Shown here piece after piece: positions 8,610 to 17,240 of a stretch of DNA of 64,000 bases. Each line of letters opens with the position of its first letter. The first letter of the stretch is position 1. Where the stretch lies: positions 34,936 to 98,935 of the IMG/VR virus record IMGVR_UViG_3300028603_000025, one strand, 5' to 3'. The position numbers and the translations under genes were made by a program. The notes under the pieces were generated by a model. That model worked only from the letters and a program-made list of their open reading frames with translations. It ran no database searches and had not been told where the DNA came from. The stretch comes from a virus. Lineage: Duplodnaviria; Caudoviricetes.

Positions 8610-11195
8610 ATGAACCTTTACACAGATGTATTCCAGTATAAAAACAAACTCCTGGTAAGAAATATCGAGGGTCTGAAGGAAGTTAAATTCAGACCTTCTT
8701 TATTCATACCTACCAAGAACGAAACAGAATATACGAACATGTTCGGGAAGAATCTCCGACAGGTTCAGTTCGATAAGATATCTGACATGCGGGATTACCG
8801 GAAACAGTATCAGGATATTCAGGATATCCATGGTAACTATAGCGCAGTCACCCAGTATCTTCATTCGACGTATCGTTCTGATATCGAATATGACTTGACG
8901 AAAGTCATTATCTATTCGATTGATATCGAGACCACGACAGAGAAAGGATTTCCGAACCCAGAACTCCCGGAAGAAGAGATTAACGTTATTACCATGACCG
9001 ATGTAGTCACGGATAAGGCTATCACATTAACGACCTTGGATGCTGACTTGAATCAGATAAAGAAGAAGTATCCATTTGCCAAGGTAATGGTCATGGAGAA
9101 CGAAGTTGAGTTAATCAAGAAGTTCATCTTCCTGTTCTCGCGTAGATATCCACATATCCTGACATCCTATAACGGGGAAGGCTTTGATATTCCGTACCTG
9201 ACTAATCGTGCCCTGGGAATCGTACCAGAAGCCTATTTTAAACGTTTATCGCCGTGGGGACTGGTCCGTGCATCAGAAATCCTTGATCCGATGACCAAGG
9301 AGAAGAAAGTAAATTATGAATGGATTGGAATTCAGTTAATCGATTACCTTCCTTTGTATAAGAAGTTCTCCCAGGCGTCCCCGGAAGATTACAAGTTGGA
9401 TACCGTGGCAAATCATGAACTGGGAGAGAACAAGGTAGAGAATCCGTACGACACGTTTCAGGAGTTCTATGAGAAATCTCCGACCCTGTTCGTTGAATAT
9501 AATATCAAGGATGCTTTGCTTATTAACAGACTGGACCGGAAACGTAAGCTACTGGCTCAGATTGTTGATACCGCATATTACGCAAAGGTTAACTACATAG
9601 ACGTGTTCAAACCGATGCGGGTATGGGATTCATTGATTCACGACTATTTGTATCAACAGAACGTAATCGTCCATAACCCCCCGAAAAAGAAACTTACCGA
9701 GAAGATTATCGGGGCCGCGGTAAAGGAACCGGTACCGGGGATATACGACTGGACAGTATCGTTTGATGCAAAGGCACTATATCCCAGCATAGCACGGTCG
9801 TTAAATATGTCTCCCGAAACAGTAGTGAATACCGAATCGATATTTGAGAACGCTATCGACGGAATAGACAGACTGTTAGAAGGATACGAAGAAACCGAGG
9901 ACCTGAAGAAGAATAACTACTCGTTATCCGCGAACGGATTCTATTTCAGGCGAGATAAGATGGGACTGTTTCCGACCATGTTCTCTCGAATAGGAAAACG
10001 TCGTGACGACGCAAAGAACCGAATGCTTGAACTAGATGCTTTCATACAGGCTAATCCGGACAAGGCCACTGATGAAATGAGGAACGAGAAGGAAACCATG
10101 AATTCAAAACAGGGTTCTTCTAAGATTCTGAACAACTCAGGTTATGGCGTTATGGCAGCCGAACACTTCCGGTTCTTTGATACCAGGATATCAGAAGGAA
10201 TCACGGCTACCGGACAGTTTGTTATCAAGACAGCAGAACAGTTCCTGAATAAAAGACTGAACGAATACTTTAAGACCGAAGGAATCGATTACGTTCTTTA
10301 CTCGGATACTGACTCGTTGTTTGTTAAGTTCGGGGGAGTTCTTTCGGATAAGGTAAAGAAGGAAAAAAGTAGCCAGGAAATCACCAACTTCCTTGATAAG
10401 TTTGCAAAGACCTATCTTGCCGATGTTCTGGAAGAGGCCATGAACGATATCGGGACCCGGTTAAACGTGTTCGAGAATCATCTTTACTTTAAACGTGAGA
10501 TGATTAATCAGAATCATCTGATGTATAAGAAGAAGAAGTATGCGTGTGCCTTGATTGATTCAGAAGGCGTAAGATATCAGAATCCAGAAATCAAGGTAAA
10601 GGGAATCGAGATTGTCAGAAGAACAACCCCGATGGTGGTGAGGAAGTATCTTAAGACCAGCGTAAACAAGATGCTGATAGAGGGATATGATTCGTTTCTG
10701 GAATACTTTGAAGAAATAAGGGATTCGTGGAATGACCACGATTACAAGGATATCCTTCTGGGAATAGGTAATAACGGAATGGACGTTTATTCGACTACAG
10801 ACGATAAAGGAGAAGATGGGATAGAAGAAAAAGAGAACGAATCTGGACTTGATATGATTGAAAAGTATCAGGATGATGGTAAAGTATATAAGAAAGGTAC
10901 GCCGTATCATATCAAGGCTTCTTTGATTTATAATCATAAAATCAAAGAGTTAGGCTTGGATAAGAAATATCCTTTGATACAGAACAGGGATAAGGTAAAG
11001 ATAGCATTCCTGAAGATGCCGAACAAGCTGATGGTTGATACGATAGCCTTTCCGGATAAGTTGCCAGTAGAATTTGAAGTAGAAAGTCTGATTGATTACG
11101 AAAGGCATTTTGAGAAGACCTATCTGAGTACTATTAAAAGGCTATCTGATGCTATCGGATGGAAGTTAGAAAGAAGTTATTCATTATTTGATTAG
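8610..11195 (+). CDS. gp43: family B DNA polymerase
   Basis: Exonuclease motifs DIET, YNGEGFDIPY and YNIKD; polymerase motifs SFDAKALYPSI, KILNNSGYG, YSDTDS and KKKY; C-terminal clamp-binding SLFD. Confidence 0.98.
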   Translation: MNLYTDVFQYKNKLLVRNIEGLKEVKFRPSLFIPTKNETEYTNMFGKNLRQVQFDKISDMRDYRKQYQDIQDIHGNYSAVTQYLHSTYRSDIEYDLTKVIIYSIDIETTTEKGFPNPELPEEEINVITMTDVVTDKAITLTTLDADLNQIKKKYPFAKVMVMENEVELIKKFIFLFSRRYPHILTSYNGEGFDIPYLTNRALGIVPEAYFKRLSPWGLVRASEILDPMTKEKKVNYEWIGIQLIDYLPLYKKFSQASPEDYKLDTVANHELGENKVENPYDTFQEFYEKSPTLFVEYNIKDALLINRLDRKRKLLAQIVDTAYYAKVNYIDVFKPMRVWDSLIHDYLYQQNVIVHNPPKKKLTEKIIGAAVKEPVPGIYDWTVSFDAKALYPSIARSLNMSPETVVNTESIFENAIDGIDRLLEGYEETEDLKKNNYSLSANGFYFRRDKMGLFPTMFSRIGKRRDDAKNRMLELDAFIQANPDKATDEMRNEKETMNSKQGSSKILNNSGYGVMAAEHFRFFDTRISEGITATGQFVIKTAEQFLNKRLNEYFKTEGIDYVLYSDTDSLFVKFGGVLSDKVKKEKSSQEITNFLDKFAKTYLADVLEEAMNDIGTRLNVFENHLYFKREMINQNHLMYKKKKYACALIDSEGVRYQNPEIKVKGIEIVRRTTPMVVRKYLKTSVNKMLIEGYDSFLEYFEEIRDSWNDHDYKDILLGIGNNGMDVYSTTDDKGEDGIEEKENESGLDMIEKYQDDGKVYKKGTPYHIKASLIYNHKIKELGLDKKYPLIQNRDKVKIAFLKMPNKLMVDTIAFPDKLPVEFEVESLIDYERHFEKTYLSTIKRLSDAIGWKLERSYSLFD

Positions 11196-11203
11196 GAGAA
11201 AGA

Positions 11204-12112
11204 ATGTCGATTCTTGACAAGATTAAAAAGAATAGTACCATTGGTTTAACATCAACGATTTCAGAATCCACGGTGCTTCTGGATAAGTTTGAAATACCCA
11301 CGAGCATACCTGCAATGAACATAGCATTGTCAGGTAGTCTTAAAGGAGGAATCACGGGAGGAACGACGATATTTGCAGGGGAGTCAAAACGATTCAAATC
11401 GATGTATTCGTTGTTCTTGGTATCAGAATACATGAAGTCGTTTCCGGAATCGGTCTGTATCTTCTATGACTCAGAGTTCGGAACTCCATTAAGCTATTTT
11501 GAGAAGATGGGAATCGACCTTGACAGGGTAGTTCATTGTCCGATTACTGATATCGACCAACTGAAGCATGACATAGTAGTTCAGCTAACAGAACTCGAAA
11601 GGAAAGACAGAGTAGTAGTCATGATTGATAGTATCGGAAATCTAGCCAGTAAGAAAGAACTGGATGACTCGATAGAAGGAAAATCTGCAGCAGACTTTAC
11701 CCGTGCAAAAACGTTAAAGGCGATGTTTAGACAGATTACGCCTATTCTGGCTGTTAAGGATATTCCGCTGATAGCGATTAATCATACCTATAAGGAAATC
11801 GGAATGTTTCCCAAGGATATACAATCGGGGGGTTGTCTGGAAGGGGGGACTAAGATAATCATGTCAGACGGCAGCACAAAAGCTATCGAAGACGTAAAGG
11901 TAGGCGACATGGTTAAAACTCTCGGGGGTGAAAATGAAGTATATGCGGTCTGGGACCCTGAAACTTTAGACGAGGGTGAACCTGAATGTTATCGGGTAAC
12001 ATTTGAAGACGGCAACTCTTACACCTGCTCCGCCAATCACAGATATAAAATCGGAGAGGAATGGGTTAAGGCAAAAGACCTTGTTGAAAATGACGATGTT
12101 GTTGCCATCTAG
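11204..12112 (+). CDS. uvsX: UvsX recombinase N-terminal part (210 aa) fused to a split-intein N-fragment (92 aa)
   Basis: AGESKRFKS, FYDSEFG, IDSIGNLASKKE and INHTY...QSGG, then CLEGGTKI... Hint-N sequence to the stop. Confidence 0.95.
   Translation: MSILDKIKKNSTIGLTSTISESTVLLDKFEIPTSIPAMNIALSGSLKGGITGGTTIFAGESKRFKSMYSLFLVSEYMKSFPESVCIFYDSEFGTPLSYFEKMGIDLDRVVHCPITDIDQLKHDIVVQLTELERKDRVVVMIDSIGNLASKKELDDSIEGKSAADFTRAKTLKAMFRQITPILAVKDIPLIAINHTYKEIGMFPKDIQSGGCLEGGTKIIMSDGSTKAIEDVKVGDMVKTLGGENEVYAVWDPETLDEGEPECYRVTFEDGNSYTCSANHRYKIGEEWVKAKDLVENDDVVAI
11834..12109 (+). mobile_element. split intein N-fragment (IntN) in UvsX
   Basis: Block A CLEGGTKIIMSDG..KAIEDVKVGD.V, block B CSANHR and WVKAKDL; acidic. 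Confidence 0.92.
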
Positions 12113-13385
12113 GGAAATAGCGCAGGAAATCTCCAGATTCTATATGGAAACTTTCGGGGTGGAAATTAAACCGACCCGAAAGTTTGTCTTAGTTGGTAAA
12201 GGGATGATTGAACTCGAAAACAAAACGTTAAATGACGTAATTCAGCGACATTTCGAGTTCATCAAGGCCAGGAAAAATTGTCCTGTCTCATGGATGGCGA
12301 ATTACGGGGCCTCCTACGAAGATGCGTTAATCTATAGTGAATCCCCAAATGGATATAGGGTTTGTCTTAATTGTGGAGTGATTTATAAATCGGAGAACAA
12401 CAGGTCGGGCTGCTGCTCCGAGAAATGTAGAGCAGAAAGGAAGACGCATACGTTTGTTCCTGAATATAGAGCCAAGAAAAACGGAATACCTATTCAACAA
12501 GCTATCGACGAAGTAAATGCCATCATGGCAAAGAAGGATAGTAAATCGTCGAAGTATTTCGAGAGTAAAGGATTCAGTCCGGAAGAGGCCAAGAAACTTT
12601 CTTCCGAAACACAGGCGAAAAGGAGCAAACGCACCATTGAGTATTTTACTTCGCGGGGATGTTCTTACGAAGAAGCCGTGGAGGAAAGAGCAAAGTACCA
12701 AAAAGATAAAGCAGATATCAGGTCTGCTAAGTATACCAAAGAAGAGCTTAGGATAATGAATCCCTGGAGCGATGAATTTTGGATGAACAAGGGATACTCG
12801 TTAGCAGAGGCAAAGGAAATAAAGTCTGGGTTTTTTAAAAAAGGAGCTGATGCCTATCTCTCTTTGCCGAGAGGGGTGCGACTGTCGAACAACCATCTAC
12901 ATTATTCTTACTGGAAGAAAAGATTTCCTGATTCGTGGGAAGAGAAATACGCTGACCACATGAAGGAGATTTATCATAAATCAGGAAGAGGGGTGTCGTC
13001 GATAGCAAAGGAATTTTGTTATTCTTTGCATGGTAAATTTGACTTCTGTTCCAATGTGTACTATTATCCTGATGAATTTGGTAAGTTAATCAAGGAAAGC
13101 AAGAAGTACGTATTTTACGATTATGTTGATACGAGGAGAATGGTATGTGTAGAATTTAACGGAAACTGGTGGCATGCAAATCCGGAGACCTATTCCCCAG
13201 ATGATATTCTTATGGGAAAGACGGCTTCTGAAATCTGGAAAAGAGATGCAATCAAATTACAGACCATCGAAGATTTTGGATTTCGGACGTTCGTAGTCTG
13301 GGAAAAGGACTACAAGAAAAACAAAGAAGAAGTGATTCAAACCATTTACGAGGAGATTATTCTGCATGAAAATAGCAAAAATTGA
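12090..13385 (+). CDS. free-standing Vsr/DUF559-like (PD-(D/E)xK) homing endonuclease
   Basis: C-terminal YDYVD...VEFNGNWWH...RDAIK...GFRTFVVWEKD; Cys cluster CLNC...CCSEKC; repeated YFxSxG.S.EEA helices; lies between the two uvsX halves; start at ATG 12090 or 12096. Confidence 0.85.
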   Translation: MTMLLPSREIAQEISRFYMETFGVEIKPTRKFVLVGKGMIELENKTLNDVIQRHFEFIKARKNCPVSWMANYGASYEDALIYSESPNGYRVCLNCGVIYKSENNRSGCCSEKCRAERKTHTFVPEYRAKKNGIPIQQAIDEVNAIMAKKDSKSSKYFESKGFSPEEAKKLSSETQAKRSKRTIEYFTSRGCSYEEAVEERAKYQKDKADIRSAKYTKEELRIMNPWSDEFWMNKGYSLAEAKEIKSGFFKKGADAYLSLPRGVRLSNNHLHYSYWKKRFPDSWEEKYADHMKEIYHKSGRGVSSIAKEFCYSLHGKFDFCSNVYYYPDEFGKLIKESKKYVFYDYVDTRRMVCVEFNGNWWHANPETYSPDDILMGKTASEIWKRDAIKLQTIEDFGFRTFVVWEKDYKKNKEEVIQTIYEEIILHENSKN

Positions 13386-13470
13386 AAAGGTAGGTAAAAG
13401 AAAGGTTTATGATATATCAGTTAAGGAAGTGGAACATTACATTTTAGATAACGGGGTAGTGTCCCATAAC
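13366..13470 (+). mobile_element. split intein C-fragment (IntC) in UvsX
   Basis: Block F VYDISV and block G SHN, with Thr as the +1 residue; basic. Confidence 0.93.
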
Positions 13471-13842
13471 ACTTCTGTTCAATACAGCCCAAATTCGGTT
13501 TTCTTTGTCGGAAGAGAACAGGTTAAAGAAGGAACCCAGGTAGTCGGATACAAATTTAACCTTACGATAGAGAAATCCAGACGGGTGCGGGAGAAATCAA
13601 AACTACCAATTGAGGTATCATTTGAAGAAGGCATCAACAAATGGTCTTCCCTTCTGGATATCGCCCTTGAACTTGGTCTGGTAATCGCACCGACTAAAGG
13701 ATGGTATTCCCGGGTAATCGAAGGCGTGGTGGAAGAAAAGAAATGGCGGCGGAAGGATACAGATAATAACGATTTCTGGGATGTATTATTGGAGGACCCT
13801 GAATTTGAAGCAGGAATTAACAAACTGTATCGTTTAGAGTAA
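13366..13842 (+). CDS. uvsX: split-intein C-fragment (35 aa) fused to UvsX C-terminal part (123 aa)
   Basis: MKIAKIEKVGKRKVYDISV...NGVVSHN then TSVQYSPNSVFFVGREQ, EKSRRVREKS, GGI-like EGINKWS and PTKGWY; own GAGGAG RBS at 13350. Confidence 0.95.
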   Translation: MKIAKIEKVGKRKVYDISVKEVEHYILDNGVVSHNTSVQYSPNSVFFVGREQVKEGTQVVGYKFNLTIEKSRRVREKSKLPIEVSFEEGINKWSSLLDIALELGLVIAPTKGWYSRVIEGVVEEKKWRRKDTDNNDFWDVLLEDPEFEAGINKLYRLE

Positions 13843-13851
13843 TAAGAGTTG

Positions 13852-13889
13852 ACAGGTCGATAAAGTTTACTATTCCTTCATCGACCTGT
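13852..13889. terminator. inverted repeat after uvsX-C overlapping a TTGACA hexamer
   Basis: acaggtcgat (13852-61) and atcgacctgt (13880-89) form a perfect 10-bp stem. Confidence 0.45.
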
Positions 13890-13969
13890 AGGAGAATAAA
13901 AGAGACAAAGAGACAAAGAGTGTGCGTTAAACAATCAGGAAGAAAAATATTAAACAAAAGGAAATTAAC

Positions 13970-14869
13970 ATGAAATACGGCATTCCTTACATGGGAAGTA
14001 AGCGAGCTATCGCTGGCAAACTAATCTCTTTTATGAAAGAACGACATCCCAATGCAACACACTTCTATGACTTATTTGGTGGAGGTGGCGCCATGTCTTT
14101 TGCTGCATTAGAAGCTGGGTTGAACGTACATTACAATGAGCTAAATACAGCAATTGTAGAATTGTTAAAGAAGATTCAGACAGATGGTGTTACTCCTGAG
14201 TTTTACGAGTGGGTGTCAAGAGAACAATTCCATAAACTAAAAACAGGAAATGATTGGAAAGCTGGTGTTATACAGACGTGTTGGAGCTTTGGTAATAGAG
14301 GAGACGACTATTTGTATAGTGAAAAGAACGAAGCTTTAAAATATCCTATTCACATGCTTATCGTACATCCTTGTGAAGAGCATTTGTCTATTGTAAATAA
14401 TCTTTTTGATGGTTGTATCCCCGAGGATGTGTTGCATTTACAAACAATCAATGAAAGAAGGTCGCTTGTTACAAAAATATTGAAGAAACGTGTTGATCAT
14501 TTCCAATTGCAGCATTTAGGAGCAGTTAATAGACTAGAACATTTAGAGCAATTAAACAGATTACCTAAAGGATACGTTCCTTTCACTATCACAAACGAAA
14601 GCTATGAAAATGTAAACATCACATCTTCCCCCGAAGAAACAATTGTGTATTGTGATATCCCTTATGCTGATACGAGAAAATACATATTAGGTGCATTCAA
14701 TCAACATGCGTATGCAGAATGGGCCACATCATCTAAATATCATGTGTACACTTCTAGCTACAACATTGACATGCCTTGTGTTTATCAATTAGATAAACGA
14801 TGTACATTTTCATCAACAAACAACTCCAAAAAAACAGTAGAAAAGCTATTTTACAATAAAAGACATTAA
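13970..14869 (+). CDS. Dam-like (D12 class) DNA adenine methyltransferase
   Basis: PYMGSK, DLFGGGGAMS, YNELN and YCDIPY (DPPY variant); more AT-rich than its neighbours. Confidence 0.85.
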   Translation: MKYGIPYMGSKRAIAGKLISFMKERHPNATHFYDLFGGGGAMSFAALEAGLNVHYNELNTAIVELLKKIQTDGVTPEFYEWVSREQFHKLKTGNDWKAGVIQTCWSFGNRGDDYLYSEKNEALKYPIHMLIVHPCEEHLSIVNNLFDGCIPEDVLHLQTINERRSLVTKILKKRVDHFQLQHLGAVNRLEHLEQLNRLPKGYVPFTITNESYENVNITSSPEETIVYCDIPYADTRKYILGAFNQHAYAEWATSSKYHVYTSSYNIDMPCVYQLDKRCTFSSTNNSKKTVEKLFYNKRH

Positions 14870-14920
14870 AGGAAAAATGTAAACCCTGTAACGCCAAGAA
14901 AGGCGGTCGTTACTAAATAC

Positions 14921-14954
14921 TTGAACCCGGGAATTATTCTGATATAATTCCCGG
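14921..14954 (+). promoter_or_regulatory. sigma70-like promoter overlapped by an 11-bp palindrome
   Basis: TTGAAC-16 nt-TATAAT; inverted repeat ccgggaattat / ataattcccgg. Confidence 0.55.
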
Positions 14955-14975
14955 ATTAAATCACGGAGAATCAAA

Positions 14976-15194
14976 ATGTCAGAAGTTACACTTGATCAAT
15001 ACGGTCAACCATCCTTTGAAACCCTGGTGCATCTTTATCAGACCGCAGAAATATCACGTAACCCGTTTGATATTTCGCGACTGCGACTGTATCGGTTTGC
15101 CAAGACAACATGGATACACACAGAAGAAGACAATCTTCGTTTTCAAATCGATAATTTACTTGAGGAAATGGGGGAAGGAATTTATGGAAACTGA
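14976..15194 (+). CDS. hypothetical protein
   Basis: GGAG RBS; 72 aa ORF downstream of the promoter. Confidence 0.6.
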   Translation: MSEVTLDQYGQPSFETLVHLYQTAEISRNPFDISRLRLYRFAKTTWIHTEEDNLRFQIDNLLEEMGEGIYGN

Positions 15195-15507
15195 TGAAAC
15201 CATGGAAACTGATGATAACGACAAAATCTATTCTGTTCATGCCGTGGGAGAACAACTGGGATTCAAAATCAATTCTGGTCCGTACGAAGCAACCGTCTGC
15301 ACAATAGAATTCGGAGAAGTTTTTGATGACGACGGAATCCTGGAATTCAATGTCAACTATATTGCGCTTCCAGAGCACCTGGGAAAGAAAATCATCGATG
15401 ACCCGATGTTCAACGAGACAATTCAGTTCATTATCAACGAAATAGTAAACGACGCCTTTCAATATGCTATCGACAACAATTCTGAAGAACCTGATTCACA
15501 ATCCTGA
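15184..15507 (+). CDS. acidic protein in the T4 gene 40 position (conserved upstream of gp41)
   Basis: ATG at 15184 with GAAGGA RBS; KINSGPYE...LEFNVN...FNETIQFIINEIV; overlaps the gp41 start. Confidence 0.55.
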   Translation: METDETMETDDNDKIYSVHAVGEQLGFKINSGPYEATVCTIEFGEVFDDDGILEFNVNYIALPEHLGKKIIDDPMFNETIQFIINEIVNDAFQYAIDNNSEEPDSQS

Positions 15508-17224
15508 ATACTCGGTAAAGGTAATATCCTACCTTCTGCCTGAGTATTTTGATAACCGATTAGAATCCATGCTTATGGAAGAGATAACCAGCTTTGTTTC
15601 AAAGTACGATTCCCTTCCTTCAGAAGATGCATTAAAGATTATGGTTCAGGAACGGGACTCGTCCATATCCCGAAAGGAAATAGAAGACAAGTTCTCGTCT
15701 TTCCTTAAACTGGAGGAAGAAAAGAACCTGGAATGGCTGGTTGATTCTACCGAGAAGTTCTGTCAGGATGCAGCCTTACGTAATGCTATTCTGAAGAGTG
15801 TCGATATCGTGGAAGGCAACGAGGAATCCCTGACCAAGGAATCTATTCCTGATATCCTGAAAGATGCGCTTTCAGTCGGCTTCGATACTTCTATCGGTCA
15901 TAATTACTTTGAGGATGCCGAATCTCGGTTGGAATTCAATACTTCAGAAGTAATCAGGCTTCCAATCGGCATCGATAAAATCGACAAGATAACCAAGGGC
16001 GGACTTAAACCAAAGACCCTGACTATCTTCTATGCAGGCTGTGTCCATCCGAAAACCACGGTTCACGTTCGTATAAATAATAAAACCAAGATATGTTTCA
16101 TTGGGGAAATCAAAGAATTTTTGGAACGATATGACCTGGTTGAAGTAGAATCCCCTGATGGATGGGTAAAGGTTTCAGAGTATGTGGAGAAAGGTGAATA
16201 TGAAGAATATCAACTTAACCTGACAAATACCTATACTGAATTCCCGACCAGAACAAATTCAGAGCACCTTTACGAGACTACCTTGGGATGGTATTCAGCA
16301 GAACAACTATCAGAGATGGAAGAAGGATTACATTTCCTGGCCAGAAAAGGATATGAACACGGTTACGTCACCCGAAACCCAGGTTCAAAAATACCGATAG
16401 TTGATATACTTGTAGACCACCCGAATCACAGGTATTATACCGATAACGTATCAAGTCATAATACCGGGGTAGGAAAGACCCATTTCATGTGCGCCATTGC
16501 CGCGAACCTGATTCGGGACGGAAAGAACGTTCTATATATCTCCATGGAAATGTACGAGGAGGCTATCGGAGAACGTATCGACGCTAACCTGATTGATATC
16601 GATATCGGGGAAGTCTATCTTAACCCCAACAGGTTTCTGAAGCGATTAAATCACGTAAAGGAAAAGAGTAAAGGCGGATTGGTCATAAAGGAATACCCAA
16701 CCTGTTCAGCCAGCACCGCTGACTTTGAAAGACTACTTGATGAACTCAAGATAAAGAAAGGATTTGTTCCCGAACTAATCTGTGTTGATTACATGAGTAT
16801 CTGTAAGAGTAGGAGATATAAAGTAGCCGGAACAAACTCGTATACCTACGTGAAAGGAATCTCAGAAGAACTAAGGGCCATGGCTCAAAAGTATAACGTG
16901 GCCGTGATTACAGGGGCACAGGTTAATCGTGGAGGATTTGGTGCCGAGAAGATAGAAATGACCGATGCCGCCGAAAGCTTTGGTGGTAACTTTATCGCAG
17001 ACTTGGTTCTGGGTTTAAACATAGACAAGAACAATCCTGACAAGGACACCATGATAGTTTCCCAGCTCAAGAACCGGTATTCCAGTATCGATAACATGAG
17101 TAAGTTCCTGGTCAGGATAGACCGGTCAAAGATGCGGGTAATAAACGAAGAAGAGTTTGAGGAACAAGAAGAAGCAATCTTGAAAGAAAAAGACAAATTA
17201 CGAAGCAGGTATCTAAAGAAATAA
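15464..17224 (+). CDS. gp41: replicative DNA helicase containing a mini-intein
   Basis: TEKFCQD, SVGFDTSIGHNYF, AG|TGVGKT Walker A split by the intein, YISMEM, IKEYPT, VDY, AQVNR, ESFG and KNRY. Confidence 0.97.
   Translation: MLSTTILKNLIHNPEYSVKVISYLLPEYFDNRLESMLMEEITSFVSKYDSLPSEDALKIMVQERDSSISRKEIEDKFSSFLKLEEEKNLEWLVDSTEKFCQDAALRNAILKSVDIVEGNEESLTKESIPDILKDALSVGFDTSIGHNYFEDAESRLEFNTSEVIRLPIGIDKIDKITKGGLKPKTLTIFYAGCVHPKTTVHVRINNKTKICFIGEIKEFLERYDLVEVESPDGWVKVSEYVEKGEYEEYQLNLTNTYTEFPTRTNSEHLYETTLGWYSAEQLSEMEEGLHFLARKGYEHGYVTRNPGSKIPIVDILVDHPNHRYYTDNVSSHNTGVGKTHFMCAIAANLIRDGKNVLYISMEMYEEAIGERIDANLIDIDIGEVYLNPNRFLKRLNHVKEKSKGGLVIKEYPTCSASTADFERLLDELKIKKGFVPELICVDYMSICKSRRYKVAGTNSYTYVKGISEELRAMAQKYNVAVITGAQVNRGGFGAEKIEMTDAAESFGGNFIADLVLGLNIDKNNPDKDTMIVSQLKNRYSSIDNMSKFLVRIDRSKMRVINEEEFEEQEEAILKEKDKLRSRYLKK
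16040..16462 (+). mobile_element. contiguous mini-intein (141 aa) in the gp41 P-loop
   Basis: Begins CVHPKT, has TNSEHL, ends IVDILV...YYTDNVSSHN with Thr +1; no endonuclease domain. Confidence 0.92.
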
Positions 17225-17240
17225 TTCCAAGGAGTAGGTT

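Noticed and set aside
12110-13365. Group I intron or stop-codon readthrough as the explanation for the broken uvsX
   Set aside because: Both halves carry complementary intein blocks, IntC has its own RBS and ATG, and the gap is fully occupied by an ORF, leaving no room for a ribozyme core
14992-15183. Long N-terminal extension of the ORF upstream of gp41
   Set aside because: It overlaps the RBS-supported ORF 14976-15194; the ATG at 15184 has its own RBS
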